In this document: one piece after another, positions 1 through 14,489 of the stretch
Position numbering within the stretch: position 1 is the stretch's first letter
How the letters are laid out: every line of letters begins with the position of its first letter
Assembly: GCF_006345805.1 (NCBI RefSeq)
Contig: NC_043002.1
Span: forward strand, 25,234,001-25,298,000
Direction of reading: 5' to 3'
DNA length: 64,000 nt
From: Octopus sinensis
Lineage: Eukaryota
Notes under the pieces: model-generated
Database searches by the model: none
What the model was told of the DNA's origin: nothing
Seen by the model: the letters and a program-made list of their open reading frames with translations, nothing else
Made by a program: the position numbers and the translations under genes

Positions 1-361
1 TAGTTTAAGTAGAAAAACTGATCTGACTGGGGCTAGTTTGCCAAGCAATAAGTAACTTTTCTTGGCTCTCTGATGACAAACAGCACCAACAGTGTTGTGA
101 GGCTTGTAGGTAAAGAAAAACAAAATGATTTTAAAAGAAACATAGCAAAATATCGGATCTAGATATCCAATAAGTTATTAATGTCTTCAGAGACAACCAT
201 AAGCATTATTAACAATAATTTAATTTCCTTACATGATTGTAATCTATTTAAAATAAAATATATGAATACAAAAAATATGCTTCACCACATAGAGAAAATA
301 ACTCATTTGAAAAGTTCAACATGCTAAACTGTGCCAAGTGAGCAGCAAGTACACACATAAG

Positions 362-439
<78 letters not shown>

Positions 440-3388
440 GGATTTACAAATGGTAAGGAATAAAGGAAATACAAATTCAGTGAAGATACCATTATCAACT
501 AAAGCAAGTTTAAGGAAATTCAAACTTGGAATTTAATTACAAAAATGTGCCTGTTTGTATGTGCATATATATATGTATGTGAGTGTGTAGAAAGTTGAAA
601 AGGAATACATGAGTTGATATATACGGAAAAAAAGTCAAGGTAGAAAATGCTAAAATAATTTTATAAAAAATATTTCAGTACCATTTAACATCCTACTACT
701 ATCATGGCACTCACACATTCTTCTACCTTGACTTTTTTGCCATATATATATATATATGCACACACAAACTTACATTTGCACACACAATGATGATGATTGC
801 TGGTGTCTATGCAGGTGTTTTTTTTTTTGTAGTTATAAGAGGACATGTACATACTTCCTTATTGGTACTCATTTTGTCAACTGAAGGATGAAAAGGTCAG
901 ATCAACTCTAGTAGTAAAGCCCTAAGCTAGATATTTAACACTACTTGAGTGATCAATAATTTTAACCAACTTTTAATGTACTGATGATGTTAGTTATTGA
1001 AATGAAGTGGCCTTTCTGTAGTTAAACCAGCTGTCACATTGTGACAAACCTTACCAACTTCCCACAGCCTAGGACTCTTCACTTCTCTTAAGCAATTTTT
1101 TTATGGCTCCTAAGAGCTAGAGGTATAGACAATCTCTAGACTCATTAGGTAATATTTATTAAAAAAAAAAGGTAATAGAAATTAAGTAAAATATGGCCAT
1201 GAACCTTATTCATGTGTCAAAGAGACAAGTAAGAAAGAGTAAGGAGACTCAAAACAAAGGCTGATACTGTTAGAAATGGAGATGATAAAGAAGACTTATA
1301 AAGGTTATATATTTATAGAACAGAGAAAATGTGACTGTGACAAATTCATGCTATACTTAATGGAATTAGCAGCACCAATTAATAGATTTACTTCAAATAA
1401 GGACTGAAACTACATTGCTGGTGCAGGTGGTTTCTATGAGGCTGTCTTTTGTTCTCTGCAGTGGGATTGCTTCTTAAGTTAATAACATGCACCAAAGTAA
1501 ATTCAGTGGGATTTGAACTTGGAATCAAGTTAAACACTGTATTGAGTCCATTACTCTACTGTCCAAATTATCTTCACTAACAATATATTTATGAGAAATA
1601 ACTTATTCGAAATAACATGCCATTTCCTCTCTTCTGTATAACGTTACATCCTCATGGCTGAGTAAATAAAGTAAGATTTTAAAAGAATGATATGAGGTAC
1701 AAGACCAGCAAATTTGTGGGGAACATGCACCATTGATCCCAGTACTTGAATGGTACTCCATTTCATTGGCTCTCAGAAGGATAAAAGGCCAGACTTGAAT
1801 TCAGAACATTAAGGGTCAAAAGTAATTCTGCAAAGCATTGTTTTCTGACACTAATGATTATGCCAATAAACACACTGATTCATTTTGAAGAGAGAAGATA
1901 CATTTGCTAGTATTTTATCTATCCAAGGATGATGAAAAGGATGTATAAATAACTGAATGTAGAACTCTGGGGTATTAAACTAGATATTGTGAGCTAAAAT
2001 ATTCACTGAAATGATGATGATGATTTATTACATCTACACAAGGAGGAGGAGGATGAGTATATGCAATCAATGAAGTTGAATTCAATATACGACTTGTACT
2101 TTGCCAACCTTAGAGGAATGAAAGGCAAATTTGACCCTATCAACATAAGAACTCCACATGTAGACAGTAGGAATGAAATATCATATTTAATGCACTGCTT
2201 CAATATTTTTGACACTTCATCACCATTATTATTATTGATTAATGAAATTTTATTCCCAAAGTTATTTTAGTAAATTCTCTTATATTATCTTTTCCTATCT
2301 CATAGTTTAAATTTTTTTAAATGTGGCTTTTTAAATTTCATTAATTTTTAAATTAAACAAAAATATTGAAATGAAAATATAAAATTTTGCAACTTAAAAA
2401 GTTACTCTATGTCCAGACAAAATGTTTTAGTAAATGTTACAGAAAGAATATTTTGCAGTAAAAAAAAATATGTGAAAAAAATAAAAATCAGTGAATCAAA
2501 ATTCAAAGATATACAACATATACAGGAGTAAAATGTAAACTTATGTTAAAATAATACCCAACTGCTAAAACAAACTGATTTCTAACTTTTTATTACTTTT
2601 TATCAATATGTACACAAGCTGAAAATATCTAAGGGATCCAGCAAAGCATAACAAACGAAATCTTCGATGAATCTTGTACATAGTCACTGCTTGTGATGGA
2701 AAAGTCACAACTTCTGATAGATGGTAACCGATTTTGTATCTAGTTTCAAATCTTCAACAGTTTATCAAGCAAAACAAGATATTATCCACTCCTTATTGAT
2801 TCAAGACTGTTGTTGAGTTATTTTTAAAGGAAAATAAGCTGGTAGTTAAGGAATCAATATTCAGATATGATAGTAAAATTATATTCAAGTCAGATAAATA
2901 AAGTTGTAGCTATGTAGCCTGAGAGGAATCAATAGATATGTTACTAATCAATTATAAATAGCAAAATGGCAATGAAAGATTCAAGGAACACTGGGTGCAG
3001 TATGGCTCAATGATTAAGACATTCATAGGCAACTGTAATTTTTATAACTTCAGATTAACCCATACTTAGTGACTGAAACTGGGTAGATGAAAACTGAAGA
3101 ATCTTGCTGAGTGGATTGTACCTGTAATTTAAAAGGTACAGCCTAGCATACTATATCACAATGATTCTACTCTACAATGCTCAGTTATTTTCATTAATTC
3201 GGGAACGGATAATTTGGTCAGCAGAAAAACTGCATCCTCATTGAAAGACAGCAACACCCCGGCTCGAAACGTAAAAGACTTTTTCTATTCCTGAGCGTTA
3301 TACTAATACATCTGTTTGTTTTGTACACCATCTGTCTTCATCTTTTGTTTTTTTCATAAACTCTCCCTATATATATATATATATATAT

Positions 3389-3430
<42 letters not shown>

Positions 3431-5257
3431 TAAGTCAAAATTACAGGACAGCTGCTGAATATGATGTTTCAATATAGTGAGACTATCATCAGAGAACATG
3501 AATCTCATTCTTTTATCTTGAGAAAAACCCTTCGTCATCCTATTTGCAGTTTGAAAATGTTATATTCATCATTACACATTGATAATTTCACCTCATCCTG
3601 ATATATAACACTTATTTTGGAATTACAAATGGAAGGAGGTAATATCTTTCCCAACAACACTAGTACAAGAAACTAAGCCTTCTCAATCAATAACAAAAAC
3701 CAGAGAGTAAACTGTATTTCCAAAGAGTTTCTAACCAAATCAATGCTCTTCTTATATGTATCTAGCAACATACACACAAAAATATACTTTCTCTGAAAGA
3801 TTTGTGAATACATTTTTGGAGAAACAGATTACTGAAATCATTGATTAGTTTCAATTTGGCTACTCTGTATTTTTACCCCTCTAGAGACTCTGCAAGTAAC
3901 ATACAACACAGAAGTTTAGACATTTGTATGTGTTCTTGAAGCATGGAAATTGTACAACTTAACAATCTACATGCAGCTTAATGGACTGACCTAAAGAGAG
4001 TTATGGACCTTTTCCAAGGATATATCTGGAAAGATCACAAACCATGGCCAAGTTACAAATTCAGAGATTTCCAAACGAAACTAAACTGATTTTTTTTTTT
4101 TTTTGATAAAACCTATTCTGATAGGGAACAGATGTGTACTTCACAAGGGACAGGTTTATGTATTGCCACACCACCAATATTATATATATATCCCTCCTGT
4201 ATTGAGAAACAAAAATGATTTTAAAATGATGAGTTGGTTCTGAGTGCTGTTAAAAGGGTGCTTTAATAATGATGTGGAGTAAGAATATTCACAAAAACTG
4301 TATAATTTCCTGGCACTATATATGAAACGATAGTTTCATAGCAATACTTAATATTCATGCAGTTCATGGTAATGTTGAATTATATTATAAAACTATTTGG
4401 ATTCCTGGCTATGTGTAATAATAAAATTTATAAGACTGCACAGTTTCATGGTAGTAATCAAATACAGCTCTATGGCAATATGCAATAATATTTGTGAACC
4501 TGAATAAGTTCAATGAAGCACTCTCTTAAGAAAAACTCAAATTTGATATCTTTCATAAAATAAACCTTAAAGTTGCTTCTTTTTTCTTTATCTTTCCTCG
4601 CTGTTGTCAACAAGGTTGTTATTATATAAAGAATAATAACAACATTGGCAAAAATAAACAAACAAAAGAACAAAGAAAATAAAACAAGATAGAGGGGATA
4701 GTGAACTTAAATTTTACAACAATTACCAAATTAATGAATGGAAAAACCAAAAAAAAAAATAATACTAAATAAATATACTGATGGCATTTTTCTCTCTCTC
4801 TATAAACTTCCAAAGATATGTAATTTATTATAAAACATTGAACAATATCTTACAGGTAGAATTTCAAAAATATTTTATTGAAAAAAAAAAAAAAAAAAAG
4901 GAGAGAATATCCAGAACTGTTGAGTTAGCTGAAATTAAAACAATTCTAAAATATGCAAAAATTAATTTATACATCAAAAATTGACAGTCTACCCTTAGTT
5001 TCACTCATGACTATTCACAACTGTGAAGAAGAAAAAGAGACCTGCAAGATTATAAAGGTTATATGAATGTAACACATGTTACAAAGAGTTGAGTGTTTAG
5101 CATAACTGTAAACTAAATTTCATGACAAGGCAAAACTCAGAATAGACTGTCAACTTTCAATATAATAAACATATCTATCCACTCTCCATATCAGATAATG
5201 TTTGTACTATGTAAAATATATTTCTATTTATATTTCAAAACTCTTACACACACACAT

Positions 5258-5286
5258 TTTTTATATATATATACATATATATATAT

Positions 5287-5329
<43 letters not shown>

Positions 5330-5602
5330 TATACACATATATATATATATATATATATACATATATGTATGTATGAAGTAAAACTTCACATATGGAAAAT
5401 GAAACTGTATAAAAAGATAATATTTGAGAGTTCAAAGATTGAGCTAGCACTACTCTAAAACCACATTTCAGCTGTTCAGCAACACATCACAACCAACAAA
5501 AATACAAGAAAAAAAAATCAAACCACATAGTGAATATATGTGTTAGCATGTGTATGCATGTTTAGGTATGTGTATGAGTATATATATAGATATGCATGTA
5601 TG

Positions 5603-5690
<88 letters not shown>

Positions 5691-5780
5691 TATATATATA
5701 TGTATGTATGTGCATATATACGTGTATATATATATATTATATACATACACACACATATATACACACACACATGCATACCC
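5258..5780. repeat. (TA)n/(TACA)n microsatellite tracts
   Basis: Directly visible. Similar tracts occur at ~366-436, 3368-3426, 7690-7770, 17045-17095, 17590-17850, 40645-40735 and 44810-44885. Confidence 0.95.
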
Positions 5781-6210
5781 ACATACAATCATTTGCACAA
5801 AACAAAAACTTGTTCAAAGAAACACAAAAAAGGAGATGGGAATCATTCCATATTGGTGGATTTTACCAGAGGATAAGGCACAATGGAGATACGATTTACA
5901 GAAAAATTACCCATAACAAACTAGGAATTACCATGGAAACGTATATACACATAGAAAGAAAGACAGAAAGAGAGAAAGAAAGAGAGAGAGAGAGATGTAT
6001 GTCACTGACAACATCTGGAAGGTGCGTTTATTTGGGCAGTTTTGCAGGCGCTAATTATGATCAACGTCTAGGTTGGCAGTGATGAAAAAAAAAAGAAAGA
6101 ACATATGTAGAGGGGGGGTTGTTGTTATTGTTGTTATTGTTTTTAAGATGAGGCATGCTCAACAAGCAGGAGGAACGAAGAATTCATCCCTAGGCCAGAA
6201 ATTCACTTAC

Positions 6211-6234
6211 CGTAATAATCCCATGGTCCCCGAG
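6211..6234 (-). CDS. DYNC1I: Dynein IC 24-nt exon (ARGPWDYY)
   Basis: Acceptor ttgctgacattgaag, consensus donor gtaagt, phase 1 to 1. It ends in DYY, like the AHATDYY segment recalled from Drosophila Cdic/short wing downstream of the TQT site. Confidence 0.75.
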
Positions 6235-7696
6235 CTTCAATGTCAGCAAAGTAAAATGATAGACAAAATCAAAAACAAATGCCACATAAGAAACTAAGTT
6301 GATAAGCTTTTGGTTTAGTATTTTTGCTTTTATAGATATTTCCATATCTTTTTTTAATTCATCTCTAATGAATAAGAGTTTAATTTAATTAGATAAATAT
6401 AAATCTTAAAAATTCTCCTACAACTAAACCCAGTCAACTGTCTTCTTTAAATATATATGTTACAATAAATAACAATAATAATTCCACCAGAGATGGGAGC
6501 ATCCCATCAACAGCCATAATCTAGCTTTCATCATGATTTCAGTACTTTTTAGTAATGTCACTCCCAACAGGGGTGCCTTGTATCCTGAGGCTGCCTGGAG
6601 AATCCACAAAATTCATAAAATATGGCTTATGTGTGTGAGTGTGCGTGCATATGCTTGAAATGAGTTACTATATACGAGATAAGAACACTTAATACTGCTT
6701 TGGTAGAGTTTAATTTAACAACCAAAAGCTATGATTCAAATACTTCAGACAGTTACAATTTATTTCATGGCATTACACTAGGGCATCATTATGCAGTATA
6801 ATATAATTATATAAAACAAATTTTTATGATCCTAGATATTTTAATCCTAGCTTTTAATCATTATAACTTCATACTACTATAAAAATTAGCTTTATTTTCT
6901 TAGCTTTTTATCATATTTTGCAGTATCTATCTATACTTCTCGAGTTTTCCTTATGTACCTGCTTCAGCTATAGACACATGTGATTTCAGTCTATATCTGA
7001 AGAATGAGATTGATAAGAAAGATCAGGAAACAATAGATGAACAAACACAGGTGCTTCCAGAAGATCCAAAAATGTTACATCAAGATTTTTTATAATGTTT
7101 GAGTTGTTCATTTGTACTTATTTATTTTGGCCAGTCATGCAGCATGAAACAGAGATGCAGGCAAGAGCATATGTAAAGGAATTCATTTTTGTAGTTGAAT
7201 ACCTTCACAACCATTCCAAGTTTGTTAAGAATATATAATTACTCATCAAATCGTTATATTCAAAGCAGTGTAATCTCCTGGTTATTTTCAATTATATACT
7301 AATTATTTTCCATTATTTTGTCTTTTTTTTTCTTGTAGACTTATATCAATTTGAATTTATCTTTTACTTTTGTGAATTTTCACATATTACATTTTTTAAA
7401 TGAATGATATTTTTTATATTCTTTCATAAAACCATTTTCATTTTGTTATAAAACTGATTAAAATTTTAAATTAAAGCATAAAGTTTAAAATTTCAAATAA
7501 TAATAATAATGTTTTCTAATAATAAATCATAATTAGCCAATTAAAAACAAATAAAATCCAAGCCCACAAATTTAAATTTTCATTACTTATTTAAATACTT
7601 TGAATAAAAAAATTAAAGGAAAGCAAAATATAGAATATACAATAAGCAAAATGATAAACAAAGCTATATGATTTGTACAATATGGACACACACACA

Positions 7697-7762
<66 letters not shown>

Positions 7763-8025
7763 AAGCACAAACACACAAATATATAAACATCTAGATTAGC
7801 ATGAAAGGTGTGAAGATATGAACGACAAATGCAGATCAAATAGGAAACAATAATCAAATAAGAAAAGTATAATTAAGATATTAATATCATTATGTCCAAC
7901 CATAATGTCATTAATTTTTTGTTCTTGTTGGTATTGTTTTTTTACCTTTCCAATCAGCAACAAAACTAATACACCCAGACTCAAACCATTTTCATAAAAA
8001 CATCTTAACTACAAAATGAAATATT

Positions 8026-8056
<31 letters not shown>

Positions 8057-8109
8057 AGATGATGATGAATAACAGTAATGAATGATGATGATGATAATAA
8101 TAATAGTAG

Positions 8110-8540
8110 TAATGGTTTCAAATTTTGCCACAAGGAAACTACTCTGGGGGAGGGTATGAGTTGATTACATCGACCCCAGTGTTCAACTGGTACTTATTTT
8201 ATCGACCCTGAAAGGATGAAAGGTTAAGTCAACCTCAGCAGAATTTGAACTCATAACGTAGCAACAGGCAAAATACTGCTAAGCATTTCATAATAATAAT
8301 AATAATGAACAATGAAGAATGATAGTTTTAAATTTTGACACAAAGCCAACAATTTTGGGGGAGAGGCTTTAGTCAACAGCATCAACCCCAGTACTTTGCT
8401 GCTACCTTATTTTAATGACCTTAAAAGGACAAAAAGCAAATTTGATCTCAGTGGGATTTGAAATCAGAACATAAAGAGTCAGATTAAATGCAGCAAGGCA
8501 CTTTACCCAAAACTCAAGTGATTCTGCCAATCTACTACTG
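8110..8540 (+). mobile_element. Two tandem copies of an abundant short SINE-like repeat
   Basis: Shared core gattacatcgaccccagt...ggtacttattttatcgacc..aaaggatgaaagg.aaagt..acctc.g..gaatttgaactc. Confidence 0.72.
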
Positions 8541-11499
8541 TAAAATAATAATGTATTAGTCATGTGTACTAAATATTAATCATTCAGCACTATCATTTTC
8601 ATTTACTAACATCCCATATTTTCCTTATAACTCACCTTTTCATTTTCTCTACAAGGTGTATCAGAGTTCCTTCAAGGACCACTCATAACATAATTTTTTT
8701 TTTTTTAAATCATTATCATTTTTTGTTATTTTTAAATGCAGCACCAATAATTTTGTCAAACATTAAGAATGGTCTGGTGTTCTCAGGATATGGCTGCAGG
8801 TATGGCTTTCTATTACTGGTAGATCAGTGATATAATGATGGTAATCACAATAGCTTCTCTCATTGGCACAAGACCACATAACTATAGAAAAGGAGTATTG
8901 TCTTCAGATCAATTCCAGAGTTATAAACTGACAAAGTCCATGCAAGCAGAACTTCAATTTGTTTCATATTTAAGCTTGAAAGTATGGGGTTATTTCATTG
9001 AAGAAGAAATGATAACCGGTAACTTTGTGACATTCATGCCTTTCACAAGCAATACAAGTGATAGCAAGAATTGAAACTAGGTCAATAGGTTCGTTCACTT
9101 CTTTATGATGGTAAGCAGAAATGTAAAGAAATTATTTTTAATATTTTCCCCATTATTACACAACAATAAATTGTTATTAGGTATTCCAAATCAATTTTTT
9201 TAAAAGGAGGACACAGTCTACTTGACAGCAGCTTTCTAGAATATTTCATCAAGAGCTGAAGAATGAAAGATACAGTTGTCTGATGGTTCTGAACTCAGAA
9301 CAATAAAGCTTAAAATATCACAAAATGACCATTCCATTCTGCCTTACCACAATTTCCATTAAATTCACAAACCTAATTAAAAACACTTAAGATTATAACT
9401 GTGAGAGAATCTAATAATGGTAGCTTTAACGAACTCATCTATTGAGTGCTAGTAATAAAATTATAAATTCAATAAGGAACTGATTTTTCTGAAATCAATT
9501 CCTCAGTTCATGTTATATCCACATCAGTGGGGAGTAGGGGTGTATGTGTGTGTGTGTGTGTGTGGATATATATAATGAAATTTGTTTTTTCCAGGACTTA
9601 AATTTTATCTGATGGTTTATTCAAAACAAATTTTATAATAAATTTGACTTTACCTCCAACACAGTCCTTGTGTCAATAAATGTCTTTGTTATTCTTAAAC
9701 TTGTTTCAACTTGCACCTTAAATTAACCTGCTAATTCATACATGACATTAAAGATGATGTGTATACAGATGACTGCCCTCACAGTACCATGTTTATTACA
9801 ACCAAATTAATTTACTGTATGACCATCTTTATGAAACAACTTCCAGAAAAACAAAGAATGTTTGGATATCATTATTATAGCTATATTTAAGTGAGAAGAG
9901 GGCAAATAACACTGAATCTTATAAAATCTACAAGTTCAGTTGAATAAACAATATAACTAACCAGCAAAACAGTAGAAGCTATAAACAGAAATTGTTAGGA
10001 ACATTGCAGAGAAGTTTCTTTTGCAAACAGAAATCTATATTCAATGTATAAATGTGGAGAGGATATAGCTGCTGAGATGACTGCTACAGGTGAGTGCTGC
10101 TGCTCAGTTAAGCAGCCCAAAGAGGATGTGCTAACCTTGAGGACAAAGGTTAGATAGCATATGCTGCAATATTTTAGCCATGTTATCAGAGTTCAGATCC
10201 TCTGTATCCACAGCCTTAAGGCCAGGTAGACGAAAATGACTTGTAGGCAATGAAGATGAAGAGTTGACTGTATCAGAAACACCCTACCGAAAAGGATATA
10301 GCACAGGACAACAGTATATGGCAAAAAGTGATGATGGTGTCTAAAGTCCCTGATCCTTAGATATGAAGATGGGCATATTCATTCATATGTTGGCATACAC
10401 AAAGACAAATCTGTGGATGTAAACTTGCTGAGGAGCCTACTCCAGTGCTAGATGAGAAGGGAACCTTCAGATACAGAAGGAACAAGAACTAAATCATTTT
10501 TATCATTCAACAAAAGGCCATATTTGTGACAAGTAATGCTGACAATAAACTATTGTCTACTATACATAATAAATGTGTAACTTTCCAAATGCAAAATGAT
10601 AGACTTGTTATATTAGAGAATGAACCAGTCCAAATATTGTGACAATATCAGGTTAAAAGTCAGTAAAATTATAATCATAGTTCAACAAAATACTTCCTTA
10701 ACTCAAAGATAATGCTGTATAACTTGGGGAAACAGCAGTACTAGTGTCCAAAATATGACTATTATAAATATCTCTCAATAGATATATTTTGTAATGCAAC
10801 ACATGATTGAAGGCCTGCATCAAATAGTAATCCAAAGATTTTCCTAGTAACTGACATTGTGCAAGCACAGTGAATAAGGGTGCTGTTTAGCCCTAGGTCG
10901 GCCCTGATTGAGGAGTTCTATGATCGAAGGCATTCCAGAACCATGTGTGTGTGTTTGTGTTCAAGTAATGTGCATTTAGAACCACATTATATAGCCTTCA
11001 TCCTATAAGACAGTAATGAAATTTGAGAAATTTAGCAGCTATTTCTAACAGATCAAGTAACCCTACTGAGTATCCCACATTCTCTAGTAAAAGCTAAATA
11101 TAGGAACAACTAAATACATTGTGATGGTGTTAAGTGGCAGATATTGAAATAAGAAAAATAAAAGGACTTTCATGATAGGGTAGGGAGAAATAAATCCTTT
11201 GTATAATATATTCATGTCCACTCTGTAGCAAACTAAATTCAAAAGGTGAGAAAAGTCACAAGAAACAACTTCAGAATCTAACTAGTTTTAATTAACAGTT
11301 GAAGACTGGCAAAGTCAGACAAGATTCTAAACAGGATGTTGAGGATGCAAACCTCTATTTTTCAAAACTTTCAAACAATGGTAATAATTCTTTTTACAAT
11401 AGGACCAATAATAATGATTATAATAAAACCAATAGTAGTAGTAATAATGATAGTTTTAAAAAATTTTCTTTTTATTATGATATATAAAGAGTAATAATA

Positions 11500-12390
11500 A
11501 TGGTTTTTGATTTCGGCACAAAGTCAGCAATTTTGAGGTAGGGTATTGCCCGATACAATTGACTTTAGTAGTAGACTGGTACTTAATTTTATTGATCCCA
11601 GAGGGATAAAAGCTGAGAATATATAAATCCAGACAATAGTCATCATCTTGCTACTATAGGCACAAACCTGAAATTTTACGGGGAAGGAGATAGTTGATTG
11701 CATCAACCCCAGTGCTCAACAGGTACTTATTTTTATCAACCCCAAAAGGATTAAAGCAAAGTTGACCCCACAGAATTTGAACTTAGAACATAAAGATGGA
11801 CAAAATGCATAGGGCATTTTGGCCAATATGCTAATGATTCTGCCAGCTAGCCATATTCATAATGATAATTATAATATTGGCATAAGGCCAGCGATTTCAA
11901 GATAGGGGTTGAGTTGATTACATTGGCCCCAGGGCTAAACTAGTACTTATTTTATCGACCCCAAAAGGATGAAAGGCAAAGTTGACCTCGGCAGAATTTG
12001 AACTCAGAATATAAAGACAGATAAAGTGCTGCTAAGCATTATGCCTAGCATCCTAACGATTCTGCCAGCTAATGATGACTAATAATGAGTTCTGAAAAAA
12101 ATATTGGTTTCATATACTGAAACAAAATGATAATTATTATTTCTAATTTTAGGTTGTTTTTTTCCCCCCCTAATTTTGATTATTTTTAATTTAGGCACAA
12201 GGTTAGCAATTTTGAGGAGAGAAAATTAGTTGATTACATTGATCTCAGTAGTTAATTGGTACTTTTTTTTATCAACCCAATATGATGAAAGCAAAACTGA
12301 TCTTGGTGAGATTTGAATTCAAAAGGTAAAAGGCCATAACCAAAATATTTGTCCAACACACTAACAATTCTGCCAATCTACTGCTCAAAC
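11500..12390 (+). mobile_element. Cluster of about four tandem copies of the same short SINE-like repeat
   Basis: The core is repeated near 11510, 11660, 11880 and 12190, each copy introduced by an AAT-rich tract. Confidence 0.75.
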
Positions 12391-12950
12391 AATAATAATT
12401 TCTAAAAGATATGAAGCTTCAGAGTTTCAGAGGTGACAAAATGCTAAGTTCAGACATTCAAGCCTTCTCCTAATGTGTTGGTAATGCTAAAGAATTACAT
12501 CAGAGGGAGGACAACATGCCTCGGAATTAGTTCATCAAGAACTTAGCACCACAACAGATCTGTATTTTGTCTCTTTTCTTTCCTCACATGTCTGATAAAC
12601 TTACAAGTGAGTATGACCTGGTAACATGTACCATGCTTTTGCTAACTGTTTTAAGTAACTATGTGATCACAGACACTCTCTTGACTCTCCTCTCCTATCC
12701 TTTAATCCAGTATGAACATCAAGGCTGTGACAGAGGGAAAAAGAAACAGACATGATTGGAGCAATACGAAATGCCTTGTTCAAAGACACAACATGCCATC
12801 CAGCCCAAGAATCAAATCTGCAACCTTACAACTATGAACCCAATACCTAACCATTAAGCCATGTGCCTTTTCCTCTTTGTTACACCTTTTGGAAAGATTT
12901 ATCTATCTATCTATCTATCTAAATATATATCAATGATGATGATGATGACA

Positions 12951-12987
<37 letters not shown>

Positions 12988-13243
12988 TATATATTTACAA
13001 AAGAAATTTAAGACTGACTCAACAAATAATACAAAATATACATCTGATTAATAATTAAATATATTACAGTCATACAAATGTTTAAGTACATCAGTCATAC
13101 TGAAATACTTGCACAAAAGGTTTTTAATTATTAATCACTCAGTACCAGTGGTTCCCACTCCTAAGAAATGCTTGATCAATTTTTGCACCCACATAAAAGT
13201 GGGAAAATGAAAATGTAAAATTTCTCAGAGGTTTTTATTTTAC

Positions 13244-13288
13244 TCTTTAAACTGGACCACATATCGTATTGTGGGCGAACAAACTGAA
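13244..13288 (-). CDS. Candidate cassette microexon of dynein IC (VQFVRPQYDMWSSLK)
   Basis: Strong acceptor ttttttctttag, moderate donor gtaaaa, 45 nt, open in phase 1, CpGs retained. Confidence 0.42.
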
Positions 13289-14450
13289 CTAAAGAAAAAA
13301 GTTTTCATTCTGTGCACAAAATCCAAATGTAAATTGAGCAATTAAAACAAACTATATGCAGCAAAATTAATTACAATTGTGAACATAGAAAGGTTAAATG
13401 ATTTTAAGTTCTTGGTATTATCAACACTTAAAATCATTTTTTAGAAGTTGGTTAATAATTTTATTTTAAAGTTATTTTAATAAAGTATTACTTTGCCTCC
13501 ATTTTACCCCACTCCCACCCTTCTGCAATTCTATCTTATATCCCTAGTGTATGGGCACTCTTGATTGAGAACTTGTGATGAAAAAGAAGCATTTTTTAAA
13601 TAAGGGTTTTGAAAGAGAATTCATAAAAACTAAAAATATTTTTTTTTTTAATAATCTGATTTGAAAATATTAACTTTTGAAACCACCTGAACTATATAAC
13701 AATTCTTTCTCTTTTATATGATATAAAATTCCTTCAGTTCACGTTTTATTTTGCTGAATAAAAAAAATGTGACAGCTCAACAAGAAAAAAATTATCAAAA
13801 CAAAACATTAAATATACTATTATGAGGCTTAGGAATGCTGCAAAGTAGTTTTAAATATTAAATCAAAATAAAACTATCATATTTTCTGATAAATTCCTCT
13901 GCCAAAGCAACTGAACAGAATGATACAATGACTGATGAGTAGTATATTTGTGTATAACAAACTTTGGAATGACATGTTTCAGTGATGATTGAATGAAAGA
14001 ACAAAAACAAGATAACAGGTATTCATGCTGAAGAAGCGAATAGTTTCAGGACTGATGTCGGATGCAATGAAATTCATGAAGCATAAAATAGGTAAGTTAT
14101 CATAGCAGCAAACATGTCAAGATCATAGCAGTAGTTGGACATGACACTAGAAAAAAATAATAATAGTTGTTAATAATATTGAGTATACTAACTACTGGTA
14201 TTTTAGAAATAAGTGAGTAATTAATTTATTAAGAGAGAATACTAGATTATGTACAGCATCACATCTGAATAAGAGAATCTAGAAAGAGGGGGAAATGGAG
14301 CATAAGAATTTCACTAGCTAATATATTAATTAGTGAAGGTGAAAAAGTGGAGTCGCCAGCGTAGTCAGTAAGATGAAAAGTGGGTGGGACTGGGGGCAAT
14401 TATGTAAAAAGAAGTTGAAATCCCTGAAATCACATGTAACAGTCACTCAC

Positions 14451-14489
14451 TGTCGTCGTTTTCAAGACGTGCATCCACTTGGGGAAAAT
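14451..14489 (-). CDS. DYNC1I: Candidate cassette microexon of dynein IC (DFPQVDARLENDD)
   Basis: Acceptor gctgctgctttccag, donor gtgagt, 39 nt, open in phase 1 and frame-preserving. CpGs are retained in an otherwise CpG-poor intron. Confidence 0.6.

Noticed and set aside
2003-2270. Acidic DDDD/EEED stretch as a dynein acidic-region exon
   Set aside because: It is on the wrong strand for the dynein gene and runs into a decayed copy of the short SINE-like repeat.
1-6210. Remaining dynein IC exons (dimerisation/LC7 region and WD40 repeats)
   Set aside because: No matching translation was found. Short AG-GT segments at ~490, ~1640, ~5010 and ~6015 have weak donors, stops or wrong phase, so the gene presumably continues left of the window.
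10100-10500. Possible coding exon in a GC-richer patch
   Set aside because: Stops occur in the plausible frames and there are no compatible splice sites. More likely an old LINE remnant, too decayed to classify.
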